Below the pieces are notes generated by a model. The model was given only the letters and a program-made list of their open reading frames with translations. It ran no database searches and was not told the origin of the DNA. Position numbers and translations under genes: made by a program. DNA of 32,988 bases from Pseudomonadota bacterium (lineage in GTDB: Bacteria; Pseudomonadota; Alphaproteobacteria; Rhizobiales; Kaistiaceae), in assembly GCA_023392225.1 (NCBI GenBank), contig JAEVZM010000364.1:1-32988 (forward strand), written 5' to 3'. Below are positions 9,359 through 18,121 of this stretch, in pieces (position 1 is the stretch's first letter; each line of letters opens with the position of its first letter).

Positions 9359-10519
9359 CTACTGCGCGGCGCGCATCACGAAAGCGCCGGGAAGGCCGAG
9401 GCCACCCGCGGCGTCGATCACCGCCTGCGGGCTCACCGAGGCGCTCCCCACACGGACGCGGACGATGTGGACGCCCCGCCCCTTGCTGTTGTCTTCCGCG
9501 ATCACCGGCTCACCGAGCTTCGACAGCCGGCTCGCGACACGCTTGGCGTTTGACATGTCGGAGAACGTGCCGACCTGCACCATCTGCGGCGCCGGCACCG
9601 GTCGCGCCGGCTCGGCCACGTCGAAGGCGTCGCCGTTGGCGAGCGCGGTCGCGGCCGCCTGGGCGCGGGTGAAGACCTGCACGTCAGCCTCGGCATAGCC
9701 CTGCGCGAAGCCGGCATCGAGGATCAGCGGAGCGAGCGGATCCTGCGGCGGCGTCGCCTCGTGCGTCGCGCCGAAGGCCAGCGTCTCGTCGGCGACGCTG
9801 AAATCGACCGCCTGCCGCGACTTCGATCCGAAGGCGAGCAGCGGGCGTCGGGTCTTGGTCTCGTTCGCGGCGATCATCGTGTTGCCCATGCCGGGCAGCA
9901 TCGCCGGACCCTCGCTTGCGTCGCGATAGGACGCGACGAGCATCTTGTTGTCCTTGCCGTCCATCTGGGCGGGGCCGATGTAGTCGACCTGGACCTTGGC
10001 GGTACCGGCGCGCTTGAAATCGAGCATCGACGCGGTGGCCGACGAAACGTCGATCACACGGCTCCGGCTGAACGGGCCGCGGTCGTTGACACGGACGATG
10101 ACGGAGCGGCCATTGCCGAGATTGGTCACGCGGACATAGGAGGGCAGCGGCAGCGTCGGGTGCGCGGCCGTCAGGTCGCCCATGTCGTAGACTTCGCCAT
10201 TGGCGGTCTGCCGTCCGTGGAAATTCGCGCCATACCACGAGGCCGTGCCGGTCGTGGTGTAGCCTTCGGGATTGTCCTGGGGGACGTAGGTCTTGCCGGC
10301 CACGCGATACGGCTTGCCGACCATGTAGCGGCCGCCGCCGTCAGGAACCTTCTTGCTCCCGTTGACGACGCGCGGGCTGGACTTGCCGTACTCGGCCTCG
10401 CTGAACTTGGGAGCCAACTGCTCGGTCGACGAGCACGCCGCGAGCGCAGCACCAACGCCGACGAGGCACGCAAGGCGCCCTGTCCGACCGGTCAGATACC
10501 GCGCTGCCTGCCTCAGCAT
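9359..10519 (-). CDS. rlpA: Septal ring lytic transglycosylase RlpA family lipoprotein with C-terminal SPOR domain
   Basis: Lipobox LAAC; ASWYG..HGRQTANGE, AAHPTLPLPS, RVNDRGPF, IDVS; C-terminal VQVGTFS..NA SPOR-like segment. Start uncertain; ATG 10519 chosen. Confidence 0.93.
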   Translation of the reverse strand: MLRQAARYLTGRTGRLACLVGVGAALAACSSTEQLAPKFSEAEYGKSSPRVVNGSKKVPDGGGRYMVGKPYRVAGKTYVPQDNPEGYTTTGTASWYGANFHGRQTANGEVYDMGDLTAAHPTLPLPSYVRVTNLGNGRSVIVRVNDRGPFSRSRVIDVSSATASMLDFKRAGTAKVQVDYIGPAQMDGKDNKMLVASYRDASEGPAMLPGMGNTMIAANETKTRRPLLAFGSKSRQAVDFSVADETLAFGATHEATPPQDPLAPLILDAGFAQGYAEADVQVFTRAQAAATALANGDAFDVAEPARPVPAPQMVQVGTFSDMSNAKRVASRLSKLGEPVIAEDNSKGRGVHIVRVRVGSASVSPQAVIDAAGGLGLPGAFVMRAAQ

Positions 10520-10788
10520 GCCGTGGCCATCCGGCCCCGCACCACGCCATTCGTGGCAGCACACGTCGCTCGTAGATAAGTCGCCAATGCCCCTCGGTCC
10601 CTGTTCCCACCAACAGGTCATTCTCCGGCCAAGGACTCTAACGAACGCTAAACGGCCGACACCGGGAGTGAACCAAAGCGGGCGGCCATTTGCAAGCCTC
10701 GAATACCGCAGTGCAAACAACAAGGTGAACGGGACAGTTCCCCCTCCCCTTGTGCACGCGCCCGGCGACGGGCAAAACCGCGCTCACC

Positions 10789-12669
10789 ATGCTCCACGTC
10801 AACGACATCACCTACCGCATCGGCAGCCGCGTTCTTCTCGACCATGCGACCGTCGCGCTGCCCGAGCGGTCGCGCACCGGACTCGTCGGTCGCAACGGCA
10901 GCGGCAAGCCCACGCTGTTCCGGCTGATCACCGGTGAGATCCATCCCGAGGGCGGCTCGGTGAGCGTGCCCCGGAACGCCCGGATCGGACAGGTAGCGCA
11001 GGAGGCGCCGTCCGGCTCGGAGACGCTGATCGAAGTGGTGCTCGCCGCCGATCTCGAGCGCAGCGCCCTCCTTACCGAGGCGGAGACCGCGTCCGACCCC
11101 TACCGCATCGCCGAGATCCAGACCCGGCTCGCCGACATCGAGGCGCATTCGGCAGAAGCGCGGGCGGCGGCGATTCTCGCCGGCCTCGGCTTCAGCGAGG
11201 AGACCCAGCGCGGCCCCTGCTCGGCGCTCTCGGGCGGCTGGCGGATGCGCGTCGCGCTCGCCGCGGTGCTGTTTGCCGAGCCGGACCTCCTCCTCCTCGA
11301 CGAGCCGACCAACTATCTCGACCTCGAGGGCACGATGTGGCTGCAGAGCTACCTCGCCCGCTATCCGCGGAGCGTGCTCCTGATCAGCCACGACCGGGAC
11401 CTCCTCAATACCGCGGTCGACGGCATCGTCCATCTCGACCAGGGCAAGCTCTTCTACTACCGCGGCAACTACGACTCGTTCGACCGCCAGCGCCGCGAGC
11501 GCCAGTCATTGCAGCTGAAGCTCAAGAAGAAGCAGGAAGACCAGCGCCGGCACATGGAATCGTTCGTCGAGCGGTTCCGCTACAAGGCGTCGAAGGCGCG
11601 CCAGGCGCAGTCGCGGCTGAAGGCCCTCGCCCGGCTCGAGCCGATCGCCGCCATCACGGACGAGTCGGTGGCGCCGTTCTCGTTCCCCGACCCGCAGAAG
11701 CGGCTCTCGCCGCCGATCGTGCAGATGGAGAACGCCTCGGTCGGCTACGCGCCCGGCAGGCCGATCCTCACCGGCCTCAACCTTCGCATCGACGACGACG
11801 ACCGGATCGCGCTGCTCGGCGCCAACGGAAACGGCAAGTCGACCTTCGCCAAGCTGATCGCCGGGCGCCTCGATGCCGCTGGCGGCCGCTTCAAGCGCCA
11901 CCACAACATGGACATCGCCTACTTCGCCCAGCACCAGCTCGACGAGCTCAACCCGGCGCACTCGCCCTACGACCACGTCCGCGAGCTGATGCCGGACGGC
12001 ACGGAGGCCCAGGTCCGCGCCCGTACCGGGGCGATGGGCTTCGCCAAGGGCAAGATGGACACCCCCGCCCGTGACCTCTCGGGTGGCGAGAAGGCGCGGC
12101 TCCTGCTCGGGCTCGCCACCTTCCACGGCGCGCATCTCCTGATCCTCGACGAGCCCACCAACCACCTCGACATCGACAGCCGCGAGGCGCTGGTCATGGC
12201 GCTGGCGGAGTACTCCGGCGCGGTGATCCTGATCAGCCACGACCGGCACCTGATCGAGGCCTCGGCCGACCGGCTGTGGCTGGTGGCGGGCGGCACGGTG
12301 ACGCCGTTCGACAACGATATCGAGGACTACCGCCGGCTGGTCATCGAGGGCACGCGGACAGCGGCCGACACCCGGCGGTCGGCCGCACCCGACACCGCGC
12401 TGGAGCGCCGCCGTGCTGCCGCCGACAAGCGAGCGCAATCGGCCCCTCTCCGCAAAGAAATCAAGCAGACCGAGGCCTTGATCGAGAAGCTTCAGAAAGA
12501 GGTTCAATCTCTCGACGTGAAGCTGGGCGACGAGAAGCTCTATGCCGACCCGGCCAAGGCGGCGGCGCTGGCGAAGTCCCGGGCCGATACGGTCAAGGCG
12601 ATCGAGGCGGCGGAGGAGCGCTGGCTCGCCCTCTCCGACGAGCACGAGAAGGCGGTGGCGGCCGACTGA
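10789..12669 (+). CDS. ABC-F family ATP-binding protein (YheS-like)
   Basis: Two NBDs (GRNGSGK/LSGGW/LDEPTNYLD and GANGNGKST/LSGGE/LDEPTNHLD), interdomain linker, C-terminal coiled coil, no TM segments; start at ATG 10789. Confidence 0.94.
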   Translation: MLHVNDITYRIGSRVLLDHATVALPERSRTGLVGRNGSGKPTLFRLITGEIHPEGGSVSVPRNARIGQVAQEAPSGSETLIEVVLAADLERSALLTEAETASDPYRIAEIQTRLADIEAHSAEARAAAILAGLGFSEETQRGPCSALSGGWRMRVALAAVLFAEPDLLLLDEPTNYLDLEGTMWLQSYLARYPRSVLLISHDRDLLNTAVDGIVHLDQGKLFYYRGNYDSFDRQRRERQSLQLKLKKKQEDQRRHMESFVERFRYKASKARQAQSRLKALARLEPIAAITDESVAPFSFPDPQKRLSPPIVQMENASVGYAPGRPILTGLNLRIDDDDRIALLGANGNGKSTFAKLIAGRLDAAGGRFKRHHNMDIAYFAQHQLDELNPAHSPYDHVRELMPDGTEAQVRARTGAMGFAKGKMDTPARDLSGGEKARLLLGLATFHGAHLLILDEPTNHLDIDSREALVMALAEYSGAVILISHDRHLIEASADRLWLVAGGTVTPFDNDIEDYRRLVIEGTRTAADTRRSAAPDTALERRRAAADKRAQSAPLRKEIKQTEALIEKLQKEVQSLDVKLGDEKLYADPAKAAALAKSRADTVKAIEAAEERWLALSDEHEKAVAAD

Positions 12670-12672
12670 GCC

Positions 12673-13122
12673 TCAGCCTTTCCGCTCCCAGCGGCCGCGC
12701 TCGGACTGCTGCCAGTAGGTCGCCTCGTGCCCGGCGGCCTTGGTCTCCTTCCACGTCATGCGGGCGCGGTCGACCGCGTCGTTGTCATGACCGTCGAAGA
12801 TCCGCACCACCCGCTCGTAGCCGGCCGGATCGGGCATCGCTGCGCCGTCGGTGACGAAGCGGACCGTGGCGCCGTTGGGGTTGTCGTCGTCGGTGGTCAG
12901 CCAGATCGGCTGCGCCTCGGCCTGGCCATCCTTAACCGTGCCGTGCGGCAGGAAGCCCTCGTCGCGATAGGTCCAGAGATGGGCATCGATCGCCTCGCAG
13001 CGTTCCTCGGTGCCGAATTGCACGACCGTCCGCCAGCCACGCTCAAGGCACTTCTCCAGCAGCCCCGGCAGCACGCGCTCCAGCGGCTGCCGATCGAGGT
13101 GGTAGAACAGGATCTCGGTCAT
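12673..13122 (-). CDS. holC: DNA polymerase III subunit chi
   Basis: MTEILFYHL, LLEKCLERGWR, HLWTY..FLPHG, QPIWL, NPNGA, C-terminal GRWE; follows pepA as usual. Confidence 0.95.
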   Translation of the reverse strand: MTEILFYHLDRQPLERVLPGLLEKCLERGWRTVVQFGTEERCEAIDAHLWTYRDEGFLPHGTVKDGQAEAQPIWLTTDDDNPNGATVRFVTDGAAMPDPAGYERVVRIFDGHDNDAVDRARMTWKETKAAGHEATYWQQSERGRWERKG

Positions 13123-13427
13123 TGGGGATCCTCGACGCCGGAAGTTCCCGTCGGCCAAGGTTCTCGCCTCGCATCGCGCACATGGACAATCCACACCGCA
13201 TCAGGGGCGATGGCATAGTAGAGCTTGTACGGATGCCGCGGGACCGACATTTCTCGGACTTCCGGTACATCCGTCACTGCACCTGCCTCAGGAAAGCCCG
13301 CAATCAGGCGCGTGACTCGAACAATCGCCTGGCTGACGGACTTGGCACCAGCCGGCGAGCTCGCCCGAACATAGTCGAGAATCGCGCCGAGCTCACTGGC
13401 CGCTCGCTCCGTGTACCGAACCCGCAT
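13119..13427 (-). CDS. Type II TA toxin, RelE/ParE family
   Basis: 102 aa; MRVRYTERAASEL..I..Y, FPEAG, VRE..V..HPY.LYY, V.IVHVRDARR matches the ParE/RelE pattern; coupled to the upstream small ORF (TGATG). Confidence 0.85.
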   Translation of the reverse strand: MRVRYTERAASELGAILDYVRASSPAGAKSVSQAIVRVTRLIAGFPEAGAVTDVPEVREMSVPRHPYKLYYAIAPDAVWIVHVRDARREPWPTGTSGVEDPQ

Positions 13428-13648
13428 CAGGTGCGACGCAATATGGAAGCCACCCTCTCGTCGGTCGCGAACTTACCGTGTCGTGCCTGGCTGAGCCCGT
13501 CTTCCACCGCCGCGCGCGTCTCCGCATCGAGCTTGACCATCCCATCGGGGACGGAGGTGATCATCATGATCATTTCAGCAAGCTCATCCTGCTCGGCAGC
13601 CGGAAGCCGCCGCGCCTCGGCGATTGCCTTCTCGAGCAGTTCGGTCAT
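13427..13648 (-). CDS. Putative antitoxin (addiction-module-type small protein)
   Basis: 73 aa, GGAGG RBS; MTELLEKAIAEARRLPAAEQDELA..AAVEDGLSQARHGKFATDERV; immediately upstream of the toxin. Confidence 0.8.
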   Translation of the reverse strand: MTELLEKAIAEARRLPAAEQDELAEMIMMITSVPDGMVKLDAETRAAVEDGLSQARHGKFATDERVASILRRT

Positions 13649-13676
13649 GGGCTCGACCCTCCGTCTTGTCGGAATC

Positions 13677-15167
13677 CTACCGCTCGTATGCGTCGCTGAC
13701 CAGACGGTCGAGCAGGCGCACGCCCCAGCCCGAGGCCCACGAGCGGTTGGTCTCGGTCTGCGGCGAGCCCATGGCGGTGCCGGCGATGTCGAGATGCACC
13801 CAAGGGGTATCCTTGACGAAGCGCTTGATGAACTGGGCGCCGGTGATCGAGCCCGCGGCGCGGCCGCCGATGTTCTTCATGTCGGCGAACTTGGAATCGA
13901 GCAGCTTGTCGTAGTCCGGCCCGAGCGGCATCCGCCAGACCAGCTCGCCCGTCGCCTCGCCGGCGGCCGACAGGGCCGTGGCGAGATCGTCGTCGCTCGA
14001 GAACATGCCGGCATAGTGGTGGCCGAGGGCGATGATCACGGCGCCGGTGAGCGTCGCGAGGTCGATCATGAAGCGGGGCTTGAAGCGATCCTCGGCATAG
14101 GAGACGAGGTCGGCGAGCACCAGCCGGCCCTCGGCGTCGGTGTTGATCACCTCGATCGTCTTGCCGGCGCGCGCCGTGACGATGTCGCCGGGGCGCTGCG
14201 CCGCGCCGTCGGGCATGTTCTCGACCAGGCCGATGATGCCGACGGCATTGACCTTGGCCTTTCGGCCGGCGAGCGCGCACATGAGCCCGGTGACGGCGGC
14301 GGCACCGCCCATGTCGCCCTTCATGTCCTCCATGCCGGCGGCGGGCTTGATCGAGATGCCGCCAGTGTCGAACACCACGCCCTTGCCGATGAAGCAGAGC
14401 GGCTGTTCCTTGGCCTTGCCGCCGTTCCAGCGCATCACGGCGACGCGCGGCGGCCGGACCGAGCCCTGGGCGACGCCCAGGAGCGCCCCCATGTCCTGCT
14501 TGCGCAGCTCCTTCTCGCCGAGAATCTCGACGCTGAGGCCGAGCTTCGACAGCGCCTTGGCGCGGTCGGCGAACTCGACCGGGCCGAGCACGTTGGCGGG
14601 CTCGTTGACGAGGTCGCGGGCAAGCACCACGCCATCGGCGATCGCAGCCCCCGCCGCCCAGGCGCGTCGGGCCTTCGTCGGGTCAGCCACGGCAAGAGTG
14701 ACCGAGACCGGCTTGGTGGCCTCGCCATTGTCCGCCTTCGGCTTCTTGTACTTGTCGAAGGCATAGGCGCGAAGCCGGAGGCCAAGGGCGAAGTCGGCCG
14801 CCTGCGCGGCACTTACCGCCTCGTCACCGGCGAGCTCGAGCGCCACAGTTGCGGCCTCCGCCTTCCCCAGGGCTCCGAACACCGTTCCGCCGAGGCGCAG
14901 CCAGTCCTGCTCCTTCAGATCGGCCGGCTTGCCGGCGCCGACGACGAGGAGCCGGTCGAGACCGGTGTCGGCCGGCGCGAGGATGTCGAGCGTGCTCATC
15001 GCCTTGCCCGAGAAACCGGCAGTCTTGGCGGCGCGCCCGATCAGCTCGTCCAGCCCGAGCCGGGTCGCGGTCTCGCCGAGGGCGAGGTCAGCGCCGGCGA
15101 GAAGCACGAGGGTGCCCTCTGCCTTGGTCACGGGCTTGGCGAACGAAATCCTGGCACGGTCGGTCAT
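13677..15167 (-). CDS. pepA: Leucyl aminopeptidase (M17)
   Basis: [48 protein letters not shown]. Confidence 0.97.
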   Translation of the reverse strand: MTDRARISFAKPVTKAEGTLVLLAGADLALGETATRLGLDELIGRAAKTAGFSGKAMSTLDILAPADTGLDRLLVVGAGKPADLKEQDWLRLGGTVFGALGKAEAATVALELAGDEAVSAAQAADFALGLRLRAYAFDKYKKPKADNGEATKPVSVTLAVADPTKARRAWAAGAAIADGVVLARDLVNEPANVLGPVEFADRAKALSKLGLSVEILGEKELRKQDMGALLGVAQGSVRPPRVAVMRWNGGKAKEQPLCFIGKGVVFDTGGISIKPAAGMEDMKGDMGGAAAVTGLMCALAGRKAKVNAVGIIGLVENMPDGAAQRPGDIVTARAGKTIEVINTDAEGRLVLADLVSYAEDRFKPRFMIDLATLTGAVIIALGHHYAGMFSSDDDLATALSAAGEATGELVWRMPLGPDYDKLLDSKFADMKNIGGRAAGSITGAQFIKRFVKDTPWVHLDIAGTAMGSPQTETNRSWASGWGVRLLDRLVSDAYER

Positions 15168-15211
15168 TGAATCTACCTCTGGTCTCGGGCGCGGGCGGGA
15201 GCAGGCAGCCC

Positions 15212-15226
15212 TGAATTGGCCCTTAA
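15212..15226 (-). promoter_or_regulatory. CtrA-like box upstream of pepA (TTAA-N7-TTCA on the minus strand)
   Basis: One mismatch to the TTAA-N7-TTAA consensus; 45-60 bp upstream of the pepA start. Confidence 0.4.
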
Positions 15227-15263
15227 TTGCGACTTCGCGCGGGCGAAGTCCACTCCCAACCGG

Positions 15264-16751
15264 TCAGGTGCAGCCACGGGTCAGGATGTCTGGCGCCGCG
15301 TCGCGGGCGAGCCAGACGCGATAGGTCGCGACGGGACCGTCCGGCCCAAGGCGCTCGACCTCGCCCAGCGGCTCGAGCGAGCCGAAGCAGCGCCGGTACT
15401 TGCCGAGCCGGCTCCGCTGCTCGATCAGGACGAGCAGCGCCGGGCCGTCGGTGATGCCGGGAGCGACCCGGTCGAAGAGGAAGCGCTCGCGCTCGTCGAC
15501 CTGCTGAACGCGGGCCGGACCCGGGCCGTAGTAGGCGAGCTCGCCGGTCAGTCCGTAGTCGGCAGTGGCGATCCAGGTCGCGCCCTTCGCCGCCATCATC
15601 TCTTCGAGGTTGGCGGCAAGACCGCTCCAGCCGACGAAGCGCTCGGCCGGCGTCTTCTCGCCGAACGGGGTCGGGATCGGGGCCATGAAGAACAGGAGGA
15701 CCAGCACCGAGACGGCAATCCCGACCGGCGCCGCAATGCGGGCGATCCCACGCAGCACCCGCGAGGTCACGCCGGCGGCCGCCACCACCGCGAGGGCGAC
15801 GAGCGCCGGGTAGACCGGTGCCAACCAGTTGCCCTGGACGCGGGCGTGCAGCGAGTGGACCAGCATGTAGACGACGAGCGGCAGGCAGAGGAGCAGGAGG
15901 AAGGCGAGCGCGCCCTCCCCCTCCCCGCGGCGGCCGAACAGCGTCCGGGCGGCGAGCCAGGCGCCGATGCCGGTGAAGACGGCGATCAGCGGGTTGAGCA
16001 GACCGAACTGGCCGGCGACGAACTCGGCGACATAACGGGGCTGCAACCCTCCGTCGGAGATGCGGCCGAACTGCTTGTGGAACGAGATCCAGTCATGGTC
16101 GGCGTTCCACAGGATGACCGGCAGGAAGGTCAGCACCGCGACCAGCCCCCCGGCCCACAGCCATGGACTGAGGAACCAGCGCCGCGCCTCGCGGTCGAAG
16201 AGCAGCCACAGAACCGCGCCGACCCCGAGGAAGAGGTTGGTGTACTTGGAGAGGCAGCCGAGCCCGGCGAACAGTCCGACGAGCAGCCATAACCAGCCAT
16301 GGCCGGTGCGGCGGATGTCGGCCATGACCCACACCGCGAGCGCCCAGAACAGCACCGACGGCGAATCCGGCGTGATGAGGATGGCGCCGGCACCGATCAG
16401 GATCGTCGCGTTGAGCCACAGCGCCGCGCGGGACGACGTGGCGACGCCGAAGCCGAGATTCCGCGCGGTGGCGAAGATGGCGTAGGAGGTGATCGCCGCC
16501 GCAATCACCGACAGCGCCCTCACCCCGAAGGGATCGTCACCGAAAAGGGTCGTCGAGGCCCAGATCCACCAGGCCACCATCGGCGGATGGTCGAAATAGC
16601 CCGCGGCGGGAAACCGCGACCAGAGCCAGTAATAGGTCTCGTCCGGGGTGAGGTTGATCTCGGCCGAGGCCCAGAACCGTAACGCGGTGAGCGCGGCGAT
16701 CACCGCGAGCGCCGTCAGAGCACCGCGGTCGGTCTCCGACGGCGCGCTCAA
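15264..16751 (-). CDS. ArnT/PMT_2-like (GT39/GT83) multi-pass membrane glycosyltransferase
   Basis: PDETYYWLWS, GYFDHPPMVAW, TPDSP, LSKYT; many TM helices; TTG start overlapping the upstream stop (TTGA) inferred. Confidence 0.88.
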   Translation of the reverse strand: MSAPSETDRGALTALAVIAALTALRFWASAEINLTPDETYYWLWSRFPAAGYFDHPPMVAWWIWASTTLFGDDPFGVRALSVIAAAITSYAIFATARNLGFGVATSSRAALWLNATILIGAGAILITPDSPSVLFWALAVWVMADIRRTGHGWLWLLVGLFAGLGCLSKYTNLFLGVGAVLWLLFDREARRWFLSPWLWAGGLVAVLTFLPVILWNADHDWISFHKQFGRISDGGLQPRYVAEFVAGQFGLLNPLIAVFTGIGAWLAARTLFGRRGEGEGALAFLLLLCLPLVVYMLVHSLHARVQGNWLAPVYPALVALAVVAAAGVTSRVLRGIARIAAPVGIAVSVLVLLFFMAPIPTPFGEKTPAERFVGWSGLAANLEEMMAAKGATWIATADYGLTGELAYYGPGPARVQQVDERERFLFDRVAPGITDGPALLVLIEQRSRLGKYRRCFGSLEPLGEVERLGPDGPVATYRVWLARDAAPDILTRGCT

Positions 16752-17926
16752 CGCGAGCGCCACGTGATGGCGGTGCTGGTCACGTAGTTCCACAGCGTGC
16801 CGACCGCCGCGCCGGCGAGGCCCGCCAGCCACCAGACCAGCCCGTGACCCTGGTCGTAGATGAAGCTCGAGACGCCGACGCCACCGATCACGCCGACGCT
16901 GCAAAGCGCGGCGAACATCAGAAGGCCGGAGACGAAGCGCCACCCCTTCCGGCGTCGGTCGCGATAGGTGAGCGCGTTGTTGAGCGTGTAGTTGGATGCC
17001 ATCGCAGCGATCATGGCGATGGTCTGGGCCGCGGCGAATCCCGCGCCTGCCGCAAGCGCCAGCCACAGCACCACGAGGTTGACGACGATGCCGGAGGCGC
17101 CGACCAGGGCGAACATCAGGAAGCGGATCGAGACCAGGTCGCCGCTGAGCTTGGCCACGACCAGGCCGAGATACTCGATCACCACGGCGGCATCGAGCTT
17201 GCTCTCTCCGTGCAGCCGGGGCTTGAAGACGTAAGGAATCTCCTTGATCCGAAGCTGTTCCGGCGAGGACGCAAGGATGTCGAGGAGGATCTTGAAGCCC
17301 TGATCGGACAGGCGCGGCGCCACCTGGTCGACCACGTCCCGCCGAATGGCGAAGAAGCCGCTCATCGGGTCGCTCAGCGGCGCCTTGAGGAGATTCTGGG
17401 CGAGCCAGGTAGCGAGGCGGCTGCCCTTGTGGCGGACGCCGCTGAGGCCGCCGGTCTCGACGGTGTCGACATAGCGGCTGGCGACGACGACGTCTGCCTC
17501 GCCGCGACGCAGGATGTCGAGCATCTCGCGGAGCCGCGTCTCGTCATGCTGGAGGTCCGCGTCGATCAGCGCGACATAAGGTGCCGCGCTCGCCAGCATG
17601 CCTTCGAGCGACGCCCCGGCGAGGCCGCGGCGGTGGATGCGGCGGATGCCACGGATGCGGGGGGTACGGCGGGCGAGCACATGCACCGCGGCGATGGTGC
17701 CATCCTTCGAATCGTCGTCAACGAAGATCGCCTCCCAGGCGACGCCCTCGAGCGCCACGGAAAGACGCTCGACCAGGACCGGAACGTTGTCGCGCTCGTT
17801 GAGCGTCGGGATCACGATGGTGATCTCCGGCGCGACATATTCGGGGTCGGCGGGGATCCCGGCGCGGACCTCTGCCCCGGATGAAGACTCGACAGATTCG
17901 GCGGGTCGGAGGCCGGACCTGATCAT
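16748..17926 (-). CDS. GT2 polyprenol-phosphate glycosyltransferase (DPM1-like) fused to a GtrA-like flippase domain
   Basis: IVIPTLNE, VDDDSKDGT, DADLQHD, SDPMSGFF, HGESKL, then RFLMFALVGASG..NYTLNNALTY GtrA-type 4-TM domain. Start uncertain (ATG 17926 or GTG 17980). Confidence 0.9.
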   Translation of the reverse strand: MIRSGLRPAESVESSSGAEVRAGIPADPEYVAPEITIVIPTLNERDNVPVLVERLSVALEGVAWEAIFVDDDSKDGTIAAVHVLARRTPRIRGIRRIHRRGLAGASLEGMLASAAPYVALIDADLQHDETRLREMLDILRRGEADVVVASRYVDTVETGGLSGVRHKGSRLATWLAQNLLKAPLSDPMSGFFAIRRDVVDQVAPRLSDQGFKILLDILASSPEQLRIKEIPYVFKPRLHGESKLDAAVVIEYLGLVVAKLSGDLVSIRFLMFALVGASGIVVNLVVLWLALAAGAGFAAAQTIAMIAAMASNYTLNNALTYRDRRRKGWRFVSGLLMFAALCSVGVIGGVGVSSFIYDQGHGLVWWLAGLAGAAVGTLWNYVTSTAITWRSR

Positions 17927-18121
17927 CTCACCGGCCGGAAGGCCGTCATTCGCCAAGGCAGCGTCCCTTAAAAAAGCCACGGCACCGCACCATCAAAGGC
18001 AGGGCCTCGCGTCGCGTGTGCATATCCCCTCCCCCCGGGAGTGTCCAGCGCTCCGCCCGAGCTGGAATGCCATGCAATGAAGCGTAGCCGACGGACGGGT
18101 TGGCCGAGTATGGTTGCGCCA

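Noticed and set aside
13122..15170. 682-aa plus-strand ORF
   Set aside because: Antisense to pepA and the TA pair; no motifs.
16752..17066. N-terminal extension of the 600-aa ArnT-like ORF
   Set aside because: Overlaps the GtrA domain in another frame and is Arg-rich nonsense; TTG at 16751 fits translational coupling.
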